Positions 34,527-47,385 of a stretch of 64,000 nucleotides of DNA are shown one piece after another (within the stretch, counting starts at the first letter, position 1; every line of letters starts with the position of its first letter). Source of the DNA: Rhizodiscina lignyota (lineage: Eukaryota); the NCBI GenBank assembly GCA_010015805.1, contig ML978123.1, positions 868,001 through 932,000 on the forward strand, written 5' to 3'. A model generated the notes under the pieces. The model worked only from the letters and a program-made list of their open reading frames with translations, made no database searches and was not told the DNA's origin. A program made the translations under genes and the position numbers.

Positions 34527-34895
34527 ATGCACGGTGTTTGCGAAGGACCATGAACGGATACTGGAAGCTTCTTTAGGAGGGGCCATGAAATGCGAACCGG
34601 TGCTGGGGCTTAAACGTGTATTCTAGAACGAGGCATTTGCTTTTCTGCGCGAACAGACCATTCCATCCCAATGCAAAAGCAGTGGTAATAACCTTTGACC
34701 AAACTTGTTCCAGCTGCAAGTGAGCTTAATTACCCGTGAATTCACCCTTGATGATTGTGAGTGATCGCCTACATTGCAGATCTCGGAGAATTTTCATGGG
34801 GCTCGAGCTTCTCGACGTGGCCGTCAAGCTGCAGCTCGCGTGCACATGAACAGAGCTTTTGCGCGCAGCTGTATCCCCTCTTCTTCCACCCGTCC

Positions 34896-36353
34896 ATGTT
34901 CCCATTTACCTTACGCCGAACATTCACAATGAGCGCGTCGCTGAGCATTGCGCCCTTTTCTGGCGCGGTCGTTGCGGCAATGAGGAAGCTGTGCGTTCCA
35001 GTTAGGAGCTAATTGAGAATGATAACTGAAGATGGCGCAGATATCCTGAAGCTCTAGCAGACAAAAGCTGGGACAACACTGGATGTACGATAGATCATGC
35101 GGCTTCCATGCTGTAACTTTCCGGCTGCTTATAATATGTAGTACTCCTCGAAGCTCCATTCAATCCCAGACGTCGCCAGAAGAACTCAGTCCTCCTAACG
35201 GTCGACCTTACGAAGGCTGTAGCAGATGAGGCAATTGAGCGCAGGGACTCCATAGTAGTTGCGTATCGTGCGTCTGCCAAACCTAGCAAATTATTTCCTA
35301 TTTTAATTTAACATTTGAACGAAGCGCAGATCCAATAATATTCAGAGGCTTGAAGAGCATCACACTCGCAGACACTCAGCAACAATCATTACTCAGGCTA
35401 GCGGCAGAGGGCATAAGTGTGCGTAAATGTGAGCATAGTACAGATAGACATCGACTGACTGGCAATTTCAGGTCTACAGTCCGCATACGGCAATCGATGC
35501 AGCCTCCGGTGGGCTTGGGGACTGGCTTGCAGACATAGTTACGGGAGAACTCGCGACAGCAGCAGAGGATGCAGTCGCTGCTGATGGCGAACCTGTACGC
35601 CTCTCTTCCAGAGCGAGACCTACTACGCGTGGAAACAGCAGTAGTGACGACACATTCAAGCCGCCGAAAAAGCCAGTCTACATCGTGCAGCATCACCCAT
35701 CGCAACTCGACGTCCCAGATGCGGATTTGAAGCTGTATGACCATTTCACATCCAGGAACAAAATTTAGCGTGACCGCTAATGCAAATCTCTCAGCGCTTC
35801 AACTTCTCACACCCGTGTGGCCATCAAGGCCCTCGATTTTCCCGATCATCCTGGCGCAGGAATGGGACGTATCGTTCGCTTCACTGATCCTCAGCGTCTC
35901 ACAGATATCATCGAACGGATAGGCCGCGGACTCGGCAACCCCAAAGGCTTTCCAATCGCAGTTCCTCAGGGAAGCTCCATCGATGACATCACCATTTCCT
36001 CTGTTGGTATCTGCGCCGGCTCGGGAGGCAGTCTGTTCAAAGATCTCGACGTCGATTTACTCTTCACCGGCGAGCTGAGTCACCATGAGGCCCTTGCAGC
36101 GATTGAGAAAGGCCAGTGCGTGATATGCTTATTCCATAGCAACACTGAGAGAGGCTACCTGCATTCAGTGCTGATGGAGAAGCTGGAAGCAAGTGTGAAG
36201 GAGGAATGGCGGTCGAGAAGGGTGCGGATGAAGGAAGACCAGACTCAAGGCCTCGCCGACGCTTTGCAAGACGACGAGGTGACGGTATCAGTCAGCGAGA
36301 GGGACAGAGATCCATATGGCGTCCTGATCTCGAAGACTGAACTGGGGGAGTAG
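34896..36353 (+). CDS. NIF3: NIF3/NGG1-interacting factor family (YbgI-like) protein
   Basis: YPEALADKSWDNTGLLLEAP, VLLTVDLT, AYHPIIFRGLKS, VYSPHTAIDA, GICAGSGG, FTGELSHHEAL, HSNTERGYL. Five introns (~34991-35040, 35085-35141, 35268-35329, 35419-35471, ~35735-35795). Confidence 0.92.
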
Positions 36354-36999
36354 GCGTGATCATGACGTGCGATCTCGTCAGTTTATTCGCATTTCTTTAC
36401 CAGAGCGCATACCCAGAATTGTTGGAATTTCTAAAATTTCAAAAGAAGAGCTTATTAAGGAAAAGAGCAAATGTGTTGCAACTTCCGTAAGAACGATGGC
36501 CGCCAGACCTGTAACTCCGATGCCTCGGCGCGGACGTATATCAAAACTAGGAGTGTCCAAAAAGAGGCAATGCGTCAAGTAAAAGGTTGCACTAACCTAA
36601 TATCCGCAGTTGAGAAGTACTGCCCGAACAAGCCAATGAAAGATGCTAAACAGCGTTGCACCGTGTCAGAACTAATCTCTTTTTGCGGCTTATGCAGGAT
36701 GGGCCGCTATCCACTTTTTAACCACATCCTCCTTAGCACATGCCTCTAATGCTCTATTTGTTTCCGCAATGCCGCGTGAATTGTCAGCGGGGCGGGAGTA
36801 TTCCATATCACACTATGTTTAAACAGAAGCATTAAATAGATCCTGTAACGTCTATTAAAACTCAATGGCTTGTTTAATGTGTTTGGCCGATCTTTTTATC
36901 CTCGCCAGCAGGAGTCATCTATGATTCGCTCTCAGGCTGATGCCATATCTACCTCGAGGTCAATGTTATCTCCACCACTATTGTTATGACTAATTGACT

Positions 37000-37820
37000 A
37001 TGCCCTCGCCCTTTCTTCTGTCCTTACCGTCGGAGATCCGCCTACAAATCTATGAGCACCTTTTCACCGACGCGATAGCTGACTGGAAGATATGCTGCGA
37101 TGACTTCTTCTGCCTCGTGGATCCAGGAAAACCAACTGCGACCTTCGCTAGCGTGATTTCTTTGCGGCAGACATGCCAGCTTATCAGACGAGAGACCGAA
37201 GGCTTGTTCTTCAAACTAAGCAGCTCAATTGACGTGGGCATCGACGAGAACTACGCCTTGGACTCCTGGAATCGGTTTGCGGCATTAGTCGAGAAGAGAG
37301 GGAGATACGTGCAATTCGCGAAGAATATTTCGTATGCCTAAATTATCGTCTCAAACGAAGCACTCGATCAAAGTCGTGTCTGCATCGCCTCAAGTACAGC
37401 AACACAATCGAACCCGTCTCTACTGCATGACTTCAAGGGTACTTGACTACACACAGAGGATTTTACGGCCGAAGAGAGGTCCCATTTGGCCCCTGGTGAA
37501 GAAGACAGGCAAGAGGGAGACGGTTTGAGTCATGTCGCATGGGGATCTCTTGAGCAGACATCAGCCAATATGAACTTGGGCAGAGATTACGCATAGGGCT
37601 ATACCAAACTGCTTCGTGCGATTGAACAGTGAAAGCTACCACAGATGCAGAAATGGAGCTTCGATAGAGATGCCCAAACATCCCACTGCAACTCTAAGGA
37701 CCAGAGTCCGCGTTCGTGAGTCCGCAGGATTACTCGCATACTGCCAGCAAATAAAGAGTGCTGCCCGAGAAGAGCTAGGGCAGAGGATCATTTAAGCTGT
37801 TCGTCTGGAGACGAATAACA
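37000..37820 (+). pseudogene. Truncated or pseudogenised F-box-like gene
   Basis: MPSPFLLSLPSEIRLQIYEHLF..SLRQTCQLIRRE resembles a fungal F-box-like N-terminus. TAA at 37339-37341; the same frame continues protein-like with several further stops. Confidence 0.5.
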
Positions 37821-38721
37821 AAGTGAAAGTACCATAGAGCTTGGGAGAGACGAAAGGATGGACATAGATTTGCGAATTGTTTCTTCGGGCCGAACTGAGA
37901 AAATGACCACGTCAAATACCTCTCTACGAATCGTGTCGGTGATGTGCTCCAAGAGACTTCACGTAACTATTCATATTAAGCACAAACACACCAGTCAAAC
38001 AACCAAGGACTTGCAGTAGCATGGTGTAAAATGAGCCTTTTGATCGCTCGGAGCTAGCCGAAGACCTTGGCAACTTCGTCTCCACTCATTAGTCCACCTA
38101 GAACATCAAAACCAACAAATTTAAAGGAGATAAATTTATGGTATCAGTCAATTAGGACATCCAGCTTCACTCCCCGATGTCACTTTCATCAAACCCTCTC
38201 CAAGGACACTTGGCGCTCCCACGTGACCGGAGAGTCTGGGGTAGAGTCGGCCCAATGTCGAGCCGCTTGTTCCCCGGTTCGGAGATCTACAATTGGCTGC
38301 GTACGCCGCGCGGAAAGGTAGAAAGCCCTTCGATCATCCACATCCTCCGCAATCTCTTGAGTGAACTATCCTTCGTACGCAACATCTATCGGTCCTACTT
38401 ACAACAGCTATGATTCTGAGCTACAGCTTTGATATGATGATGCCGGCGGTGTCGCATGCACAGCCGCAAAGGCAAGTCGAGGAAACTATAAAGATGAAGC
38501 TGCCTTGAAGGTAGGTAAGGCAAGCAACAACCAAACAGACCAAGATATCAGTCAATTCCTCATCTCAAGCACTTCAATATCTAATTTCCAATTGACCCAC
38601 CGCAACTTCTCTCTATCTCTTTACTCAGATTTCGAGGAGTCCAACCTCAGCTCAATCACAGCCGGCTCAAATCGCAATTGTCAAGCATTCAATCCACAGC
38701 AACACACAAACGACTTTGAAA

Positions 38722-39540
38722 ATGTCTTCTCAGCAAACCATCACCTTCTTTGGCGCTACTGGCGGCTGTGCAGGCGCTTCCCTCGCGCTCTGCCTCAAGT
38801 CCAACCACCATTGCGTCGCCCTCGTTCGCACGCCGGACAAGCTCCGCAAGCTCCTCGAATCCAAACATGATGTTCCTGCAACCATCCTCGACTCGTATCT
38901 CACCGTCATCCAAGGCAACATCAAGAGCGAAGAGGACGTGAAGAAGACGCTCACGGTGACCGATGCACTCCCCGATATCATCCTCTTCGGCATCGGAGCC
39001 TCGCCCAAGCTGCAGATGAGCCTGAAGGCGCCGGCGACATTAGACGACCCGCACGTTTGTGCGGAGGGCATGAAGACGGTCATCTCTGCTCTGAAAGACC
39101 TCCAGTCCCAGAACATCAAGTTGGGCCCTTCGGGCAAAAAGCCACTCATCACGACCATTTCAACCACCGGCGTCAGCAAGATCCGCGATGTGCCATACAG
39201 CATCTACCCAGTCTACCACTGGCTGCTGTCAGTACCCCACATCGACAAGAGGGAGATGGAGAATGTTCTCGTGGCCGCTGCGCGCGAGTCCAACTCTCCC
39301 ATTTCCAGCTTCACCATTGTGCGTCCGACGCTCTTGAGCGACGGTGCCATGAAGGGCCTTGAAAAGGTCAAGGCGGGTTGGGTGTATCCGGATGATGACG
39401 ATCGGGAGGGCGCGCTGACAGAGGCTGGTCCAAAGATGGGGTATCAAATCAGCAGGGGCGACGTCGGTACCTGGATTTTCGAGAGGATCATCAAGGGTAA
39501 TGGCGAATGGAATGGCAAGTGCGCCAGCTTGACATACTAG
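38722..39540 (+). CDS. NAD(P)-binding Rossmann-fold oxidoreductase (flavin reductase/BVR-B-like atypical SDR)
   Basis: ITFFGATGGCAG, ALVRTPDKL, DKREME, TIVRPTLLSDG, ISRGDVG. Intronless with strong codon bias. Confidence 0.88.
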   Translation: MSSQQTITFFGATGGCAGASLALCLKSNHHCVALVRTPDKLRKLLESKHDVPATILDSYLTVIQGNIKSEEDVKKTLTVTDALPDIILFGIGASPKLQMSLKAPATLDDPHVCAEGMKTVISALKDLQSQNIKLGPSGKKPLITTISTTGVSKIRDVPYSIYPVYHWLLSVPHIDKREMENVLVAAARESNSPISSFTIVRPTLLSDGAMKGLEKVKAGWVYPDDDDREGALTEAGPKMGYQISRGDVGTWIFERIIKGNGEWNGKCASLTY

Positions 39541-39790
39541 TGCGGGACTCATGGAATGGAAATACCCCTTTCCTTTGTCACTGGTTTCATTTTGATAGAT
39601 AGACTGGGCGAGATAGATTCATAATGTTAATGCCTTAAACCACAACACCTGGTCATTACAATTATCATTACCATCATTCCATCCATCAGCAAATATTAGT
39701 AAAACTGCGAGGGCAAAGTCTGCCTTCGGGGTATCGAGCATGCTCCATAGCCAAGATCAATCAACCAGCTTCAAAGCCCAAAATAAACCC

Positions 39791-40659
39791 TTAGAGCAAC
39801 CTCAGAAATGGCATGTCGACTGTCAATGTCAACGGTGGACTTGGCTCTGGTGTCACAAGGCCATGCTGCCATGCTGCCTTTCCACCACCGTATCCGCTAT
39901 CCCGTCTATTATCCTTCTCTGCGTCGTCCTCTACGGCCATTACACCAGGAGTCGTTACAGAATAATCACTTTGAACAGGAGGTAGGCTAGCCGTGCGCGC
40001 CGCATTATCAGCTCTTCTGATTTCGTCCACCGCATCAGCAATATTCTCAGCCGTGAAGGAATGAATGTCGTAGTCTATATCCAGCAAGACGCATCTCGTC
40101 GTAACGTTGATATCCGTAGCCGTGACCTCCTCCTCGGTGATGTACTCGCTCCACCATGCAGTCGACCGCGCCCTGTCGTCCAAAAATCCAGCCGCGATAG
40201 TGAGAGCTGATACGACAATTGTCTCGACTCGATTGGAGCGGAAACGAGAGTAGAATGCCGCTTGGCGCCAGGAACGAATGAAACGGTTAGAGAGAGATTC
40301 AAGTATGCATGCCGTGAGACCAATTATGGAATCCGGAAGATCGGCCCGCTGAAGGTAGGCGGAGATGGCAAGGCTGGACGCAGGACTGTGAAGGTGTTGA
40401 ACGTTCGATGGTAACAGGGAAACCAGATGGTTGGCCGCGCCTAAACGTGAAAGTCAGTCTTGAACTCGCCCGGGAGAAGAAAGCACGAACCTAAAAGGGG
40501 TGGTGTCGTCGAGTGTGACGAAGTCGGGGAAGTGGTCGTGCCATTGAACTCATGTATTCGAGGTTTGGCATTTTCAAACGATGGCGGCGGGGTAGGCAAT
40601 TGCGAAAGCGGAATGTAAGAGGCCAGGACGGCGTCGATGTCGATTTCCGGGGAGTCCAT
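39791..40659 (-). CDS. Uncharacterised fungal protein, possible divergent cyclin-like fold
   Basis: ATG 40659 (MDSPEIDIDAVLASYIPLSQLPTPP); intron 40441-40490 joins in frame to ..TACILESLSNRF..IVVSALTIAAGFLDD..VLLDIDYDI.., ending in ORF 39791-40183. Confidence 0.7.
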
Positions 40660-43600
40660 TTTGGTCGAAGTCGGCTGCCACCATTCTCTCCAATTTTTGA
40701 TATGTCCACGTGCACCGCAAGAGATCCAGCATCGAAGCAAAGCGATTGACACGAGATGAGAGAAACAGATCAACGGGGAGATCTTAGCAATTTAAAACAG
40801 AAATAACCGCACCAGCCCTTTAGGGTGCGGCGCTCGTGCTGTGCAGTGCTGCAGCACAGCCTTGTCTTAGGTACGAACCTCACCCCACAGATTATTTGGG
40901 AGGTCGCCTGCCACCCTGCATGGCTGTAACGCCCCTAGCAGACCGCCAGAGACGAGGGAGCGGCATTCTAGGCTTCCCTACTCGGAAAGCGGGAGCACGC
41001 AAGAGAGATGCAGGAGACAAATGGCAGCGGAAGAGTTCGTGCTTACCGCGCTTTCGCTCGGCTCTCTGGCGGTGCCGTGACACACCGACATTGGAGGAGC
41101 TCTCCGCTCTTTCACGAGACGCAGCCTTGCGCCGCTAATCATCGTGTGCGTGAGCCGGAGAGACCGTTGTGCTCGTGCAACTCACAGCTCGTCGACGACA
41201 TTCAGGCTAAGGACGGCGACGGTACTGCGCGAACCGGCTCTGCATTTGCATTTGCCAGCGAAGAGGCTGCACATGTTTGCGCTTGAATCAGAATATTAGC
41301 CTTTGGCCACCCTAGTGTGCGTGCCTAGTGCTAAACGACACGCATATTGTGGGGTTTTGTATACGAAGGTACACGTTTTCTGCGTGAGAAACGGATGTTT
41401 CGAGTTCGCGCAGGCCGCGGCCTCAGCTCGTGCGATGGTCGATGCATGGATGAATGCGGGCTTGAAGATCCTCATTTGTGGAGATCTGATTTATTGTATT
41501 TTGTTGAGATGGTTAGATGCAGGGGAGTGAGAGGAAACTTGGTACGTATAGGGGCAGCTTGCCGTTCTCGGTCAAGTCGGAGCTTCGATGTTCACCGCTT
41601 CTACACAGTGACATAATCCCCATCTTTCGCACACAATCCTTCATTCCCGTCTAATCTCCCTAAAGGTTCCATAGTGGCCAGTCCAGTCAATATTTCAGTC
41701 TCGAATTCAAGTCCTTATGAAAGTGTCTCTGCGAGGGCCCTGAGTTTTCATGTTTGAGTTCAAAGGATGATAACGTGTCATCTGAAAAACCCCTGGGATG
41801 CCCATTGCGACCTCGGAGCCATCTATGGTGTCCCATTCAACGGGGTTCTTTGAGCTGTGCCTCATTATGCCTTTTCGTCTCCATCTCAGCCTGTCGCTTT
41901 CGTTGCCCAAAGGCTATCCTCATTCCCACTTGGGGGGTCGTCCGCTGCGTCCTAGTGGACTTCGCCAACATATTTGTGGACATGTTTGCACTCATATCCC
42001 CCATAGCATTTCATGTTCATCTAGGTATAGATGTCTCATCTCCGGTGGTCGACCTACAGGTGCTTCAAGAGTGACCTTGGATTCTCTGGATGTGGCCCCC
42101 CAATGTTCAAGAAGTGGACATATCGTATCCATGCCCATAGAAAGGTTGATTTCATGTTGAAGGCTGAATATTTGGCGGATCATGGTGACATACTGATGAG
42201 GAAGTGGTAAAAGGCCAAAGGTTTGACCATGCCAGCAAGTGTCGTTGCGTACTGACAATGACTGAATGATATTCTCAGATGTTATCTCCCGCCTAGGAAA
42301 TTGCAGGCCACAAGTGACTAGCGCTTAAATACACAGGATACATCCAAGCTTCCCAGCAATATCCGAAGGCAGCGTAAGACCACTCTTGTCAAAGCCAAAG
42401 TTTGGATTCGCGTTGCATTCGGTGTTGCCATACGCCACGCAGACTCCGAACTCATCGACGTCATGAGAAAGCACCGTGATAGACGTCGCATTGAAGATGA
42501 CCTGTTCGTTCGCTGCGATGTTGAGATTGAATCAGTTCATCGTACTTCTGAGCAGTTCAGCGGGGCTTCGCGGGATGTACCAGCCGTGGTCACGAATTGG
42601 GCTCCTCGATCAAGGCCTCTTGTGGCTGCACCATTGTCCACTGAAATGAGGATATCGGCAGTTACCTAGAGATTGCATGTCAGTGTGGTGTATTTGTAGA
42701 GAGAATTAAATGTTGAGGATGGGTACCAGTGCGGCCATGCTGGCGAACGCTGCGGCGATTGTGGTAGTCTTCATTGTAGCGGTAGACAATTAAAAGCTTC
42801 TTAGCGGTTGATGATGTAGATATCTGCTTGGAATTGCTTGCCTTTGAATTTGCAAAGAAAAAAGCCCGTCTTTTATACTTACACTCGGGTACTGCAGTCC
42901 TACCTGACTGTGACATCGTATGAATTATGAAGAGATCCACAAACTTTTGGAATTCACGTATGCTGTGTACGATTGATAATATTTTCCTAATTTATTTCTG
43001 CAGCGAGGTATCTCTGTATAAGGCAAAACATGTCGAAGATCTCGTGGATATTTGAGATGTCTTGTCCAACAACCTCGTAAGTATTTGAATTCTCCGATTC
43101 GTGGGGCGTCCAAGAAATGGATTTCCGAGTTTTATTACTATTCTACGGGTAAGGTACCTACTTTGAGGCGTTAGTACACGCGTTGGCTGAAGAAATCACC
43201 TCAGACGTCCCGTACGGCAGTTTATTGGATACCTAAAGGAAGGGTTATATATCGGATTCTACGGATTCGACGTTCGGATGCCGTTCACCTTGCGAGCAGC
43301 TTGGCGTCAGTCAAGCTGACGTGAAGCAAAAGCAACGTCTTCATCTGATGAAAAGGTTCATGTATAAGGAAGATCTCGGAGATTTCATAAGCTTAATATT
43401 GCTAGCGGAAATGACAGATTAGGCACATGGCGATCATTGAACGCCACCGTTGGCCGAAGATCCGGGTGGCCTTCAAGGGGTTTTGAATGCCACAGCACCA
43501 CCGTTGCAAAGAACATAGCTCCGGTGAGCGAACAGTCTGCAGAGCCACTCTATCACAGTTCCCTTCGGCATTTTCAAGAAGCTTCTACATATGAATGTTC

Positions 43601-44131
43601 ATTTTCGAGGTTATCAGGGAATAGCTCGCCACTCTCCAGCTTGCCCCTGGAAGATTTGCTTCCCGCGGAAAAGAGACACCATGACCGGTATCATACGCTC
43701 ACGGGAAACCAGCCCCCTTATAATATTGTGCATCCGGTAAGAGGTTGCCGACATGATAGCAAAGCCGTCATGATCAGCACATCAAAATGATCGTCGAGAT
43801 CATCAACTCGTCGTTGAAGCGCTTGCGAGAGAGTCAATATGCTTAATACTGTTCAGCAGGTGAATACTTTTCAACGATTCCAAAAACGACACAAAGAAGA
43901 GCATAAAATACGACCTGAAGAGGTTATGGAGTTTTATCTCGGTGGAGATACGCCAGTATTCCGTCTTTGTCAACTCGAGCTTCCTTTGAAGTGCTTTGTT
44001 CTCAAAACACGTCCCATTGTTTCCGTTCACAATGTCATGGTGCAGTATGGGCCATCCTCGGATGGCGGGATTTGTTATATATATGAGATGGAGTTCCGTT
44101 TACAGTCCACATCATTACTACCGTCACTACC

Positions 44132-45517
44132 ATGAGATCGAATCAATCGAAAACCGTAGCCACCAGCAGTTCAGCCTGCGATCGAACCTCGATCATAGAC
44201 CTCCCGGCAGAGCTCATCCAAGAAGTTGCAGGGTACTTGCCAAAGGAGGACATCGCTTCTCTCCGCGCAACGTGCCGTACGGGCAGGGATTGTGCGGAGT
44301 ATTCATATACTCAGAAACTCACCAACGTCTCAACGACGGACGAACCTAAAGACTTAGTGAAGATGTGCCATCTCGTGCACCTGAGAAGCGTACAGCAAGG
44401 AGCAAAGCGACTCACTATTACGTTCGTTCGTCCCATCGGGATGGATGACGAGTCTGGTAGTGAGCTGCAACATGCGATAGACTCCGACCATTTGCTCAAT
44501 GGCGTCGAGGAGCCAGTCTTGTCCGCCATTCTGCACGCATTCAAAGCCCCTTCTCAGGTGAGTTTCGACCCTTCTGGACAGTCGAAACGCGTTATCGATA
44601 TCTATGAAGACCTCCTAACGCTTGTCCTAAAGAGGCTTCCTAAGATAGAGGTTATCATCATGAAAGTTACCGATCCCAGGGAACATATACAGGAAACAGA
44701 GTATGGCAAGTCGATCCCAACACCTCGGTTTCCTCCTAGGTTCTTGATGGCAACCCTCAACGCAATAGAAAAATCGGGATCTCGGCCGAAAGAGATACGG
44801 ATGGGAGACAATGATCAGAGTATGGCGCGGGCCAACATTCAGGCCCTTCCACTAGAGAGCATTTGGTACTTGACCGCCTCTCCTTACGACGCGCTCACTA
44901 GGCTAGGATCTCTATCCCTCGTCTTACACGACTCGATGTGGACCAAGAAGACCTGGTATCCCAATCTACCACGAAATGCTCAAACCTTCTGTCTTCAGCT
45001 CAACCGACTCGTCGGTCTCAAATCCCTCAGTCTGTCATTCGATCGCCAGAGCGACCACGGATTGTCTCTCATCTCCGCCTCGAGCGGGCTGAGATTGCCC
45101 TAGCTGAAGAAGCTCACGCTTCAACTATGCCAAGCAGAGCAGCATGATCTTTTGGGATTTCTGCGTAGCTACTCAGGTACACTAGAGCACTTGACCCTCG
45201 CATGGGTCAGAATCTGCGAAACAGAATCAGTGAGCCCTCTCCTACTCATGATGCAGGAGGAGCTGCAGCTGAAAAGCCTCACGATCGATATGATCTTTGT
45301 ACGGCCTAGTTTGGAGCCATTTAGCTACAGAGCGATATTTCCCAAAAATAACTCATCCATAGACACAGCGCTCGAGATACGCGAGGATCAGGATATGAGA
45401 GATGCTCTGGAACGCACCCTGACGAGGCTGAAGATGGAGCGGCACCAGTGGCCGATTTCACGCTCATGCTGGGACCTCTGGGATGAGAATACTCAGACGT
45501 ATTCCTTGGATTCATAA
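44132..45517 (+). pseudogene. F-box plus LRR-like protein interrupted by a single in-frame TAG (45101-45103)
   Basis: F-box SIIDLPAELIQEVAGYLPKEDIASLRATCR. After the TAG the same frame continues LKKLTLQLC..LLGFLRSYSGTLEHLTL..LQLKSLTI to TAA at 45517. Confidence 0.75.
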
Positions 45518-46432
45518 ACAAGGCAAGTAGATCGTCACAAGTCTTTCTGTATGACTTATTAGCGTTTGAGATAGACCGTGCTTTCGGGGCATTCATAAAC
45601 GTATAAGATCCGCAATGTGCTGTCATGTCCGTTATGACGAGAAGCAAGTCTTCTACTATAAACTTTGCAAGCTACTCCCGGACAGCCTCGAATGTAAACT
45701 CACGAATAGGCGGAAGCTCCTTACAAATACTGAAGGCGACTGTAAGAGAGTGGCCCTGTAGGTTTTTCACTCACTGGGAACTAGCTCCTTCATATAGTGC
45801 ATGTTTATAATGAAGCATCGTGATGCACTCGCTGATGTTCAATTGGATCTAAGACGTTGATAAATGCGACGAGACGGATCTACCTTCAGGCGTACTCGTC
45901 GCTCCTTTTCAGGATTTGGAGATCTTGGTTTCTCACAGCGCGGAAAAACTCTGGATAAGAGGGATTGTTTCATTGATTGCCATTCGTGGACCCGCGAGGA
46001 GAAAGATACACTACGAAACATAGCCGCTCCTAATAGACACATGGGGATTTGAAAAGAGGGGAAAAGAGGTTCCGTAGAAGAAGATTAATTGCACCATCCA
46101 GCCCGATGCTCCAGATTGCCATGCGTTCAATGACGAAAATAGTGCCGTGCGATCGCAATGATCCCAACTCCTACTATTTCACGGCCGGGCACCGCACCAC
46201 ATTCTGCTTTTGTCTCCATTCTATCCGTCCGGTCGTCGTGTTGTCATCATCCGCCCACTCCAGGAATTTTTCGTATTCGTCATTGTTCAATCGCGGTCTT
46301 CTCGATTGTCATGTCGTCTTCTTCCCTTCTTTTACTTCGACTCGCCGCGTCTTCCGCTGCCGCAGTTCTCGAGCCGACTTCTCTAAGCTTTTCCCGCGAA
46401 CTCAGCAAATTTTCTCAGACTAATGACATAGC

Positions 46433-47385
46433 TCACTGAGCCTTCTTTGGCCCGCCTTGCGCGCCCCCAACATACTTGCTCAAGTCCGTCGCCTCAACAC
46501 CTTGTCGCGCAATGCCCTTGAATGCCTCCCAACCGTTCCTGACAGCGGCCGGCGTGCCCTGCTGTGCGGCCTGTGCATCGATGCGGGCGCCAATCTGCGC
46601 AAAGGCGCCCTGGACAAAGCTGCTCTGCGCATAGCGGGCACGCAGGAACACGGTGTAGCACATGATGAGGATCCAGCTGCCCTTCTGGAACATGATCGAG
46701 CTTCCGAGGAGGCGGAACCAGAGCACGATCTCAAGGACGGCAACGAGAGTCATGGAAGAGTCATAGTAGTCCTTGACGAACTTGCCGATGCCGTCTGCGA
46801 GCGCGGACGACTGCTTGGCGGTCTTCTGGTTGGGAGAGGCGGGCTGAGCGGCTTGTTGTGGTGGTGGGAAGATCGTAGGGAGGAGGTTGGCGCGGGTGTA
46901 GGTCAGGACATGGAAGACAGAGTAGACCGCAAACGGAAGGATCGCAAGAGGAATCTGGCGGGAGAAGAGCCAGATAAGGGCCATGACTGATAGATCATAA
47001 TCAGCATCTAGTAACCGTAATAACAGTCTCGGGACACGACTCTCTGTCCATAAAGAGTCAAAAAGTCCTGCGATGACGTACCGAGATACTGGACATTCTC
47101 ATCCTGAGCCATCTGTAGGGCGCCAGCCTGCTTGTGCTGCCTGAGCTTTGCCCTGTACGCCTTGCTCACCACAATGCCGTAGGTGACAGCTGCAGCGATG
47201 AATGCCGTGCGATAGCTGAACTTGGCCCAGCGAGAGTTGAAGTTGAAGGTGATGTAGCTCATGCCATAGCGGAACGTACAGAAGAGGAGGGTGAGATGGC
47301 CGAGAAACCACGCAAATTGAAGCGTGCTCGCAAGCGCAATAACGCGCTGCTGTAGAGGCATTGAGGATGAGGGCGGTGGTGCCAT
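46433..47385 (-). CDS. POM33: Transmembrane nucleoporin/ER-shaping protein Pom33/Tts1 (TMEM33 family)
   Basis: TLQFAWFLGH, YRTAFIAAAVTYGIVV, DENVQYL|VMALIWLFS, LPFAVYSVFHVLTY, FLRARYAQSSF. Intron 46987-47081. Confidence 0.9.

Noticed and set aside
37444..37449. TGA-CTA readthrough-type context in the F-box-like remnant
   Set aside because: It is preceded by an in-frame TAA and followed by more stops, so readthrough cannot restore a protein.
41000..44130. Possible intact gene or transposon in the 3-kb gap
   Set aside because: Only short fragmentary ORFs; no transposase or RT motifs, terminal repeats or consistent splice model found by eye.
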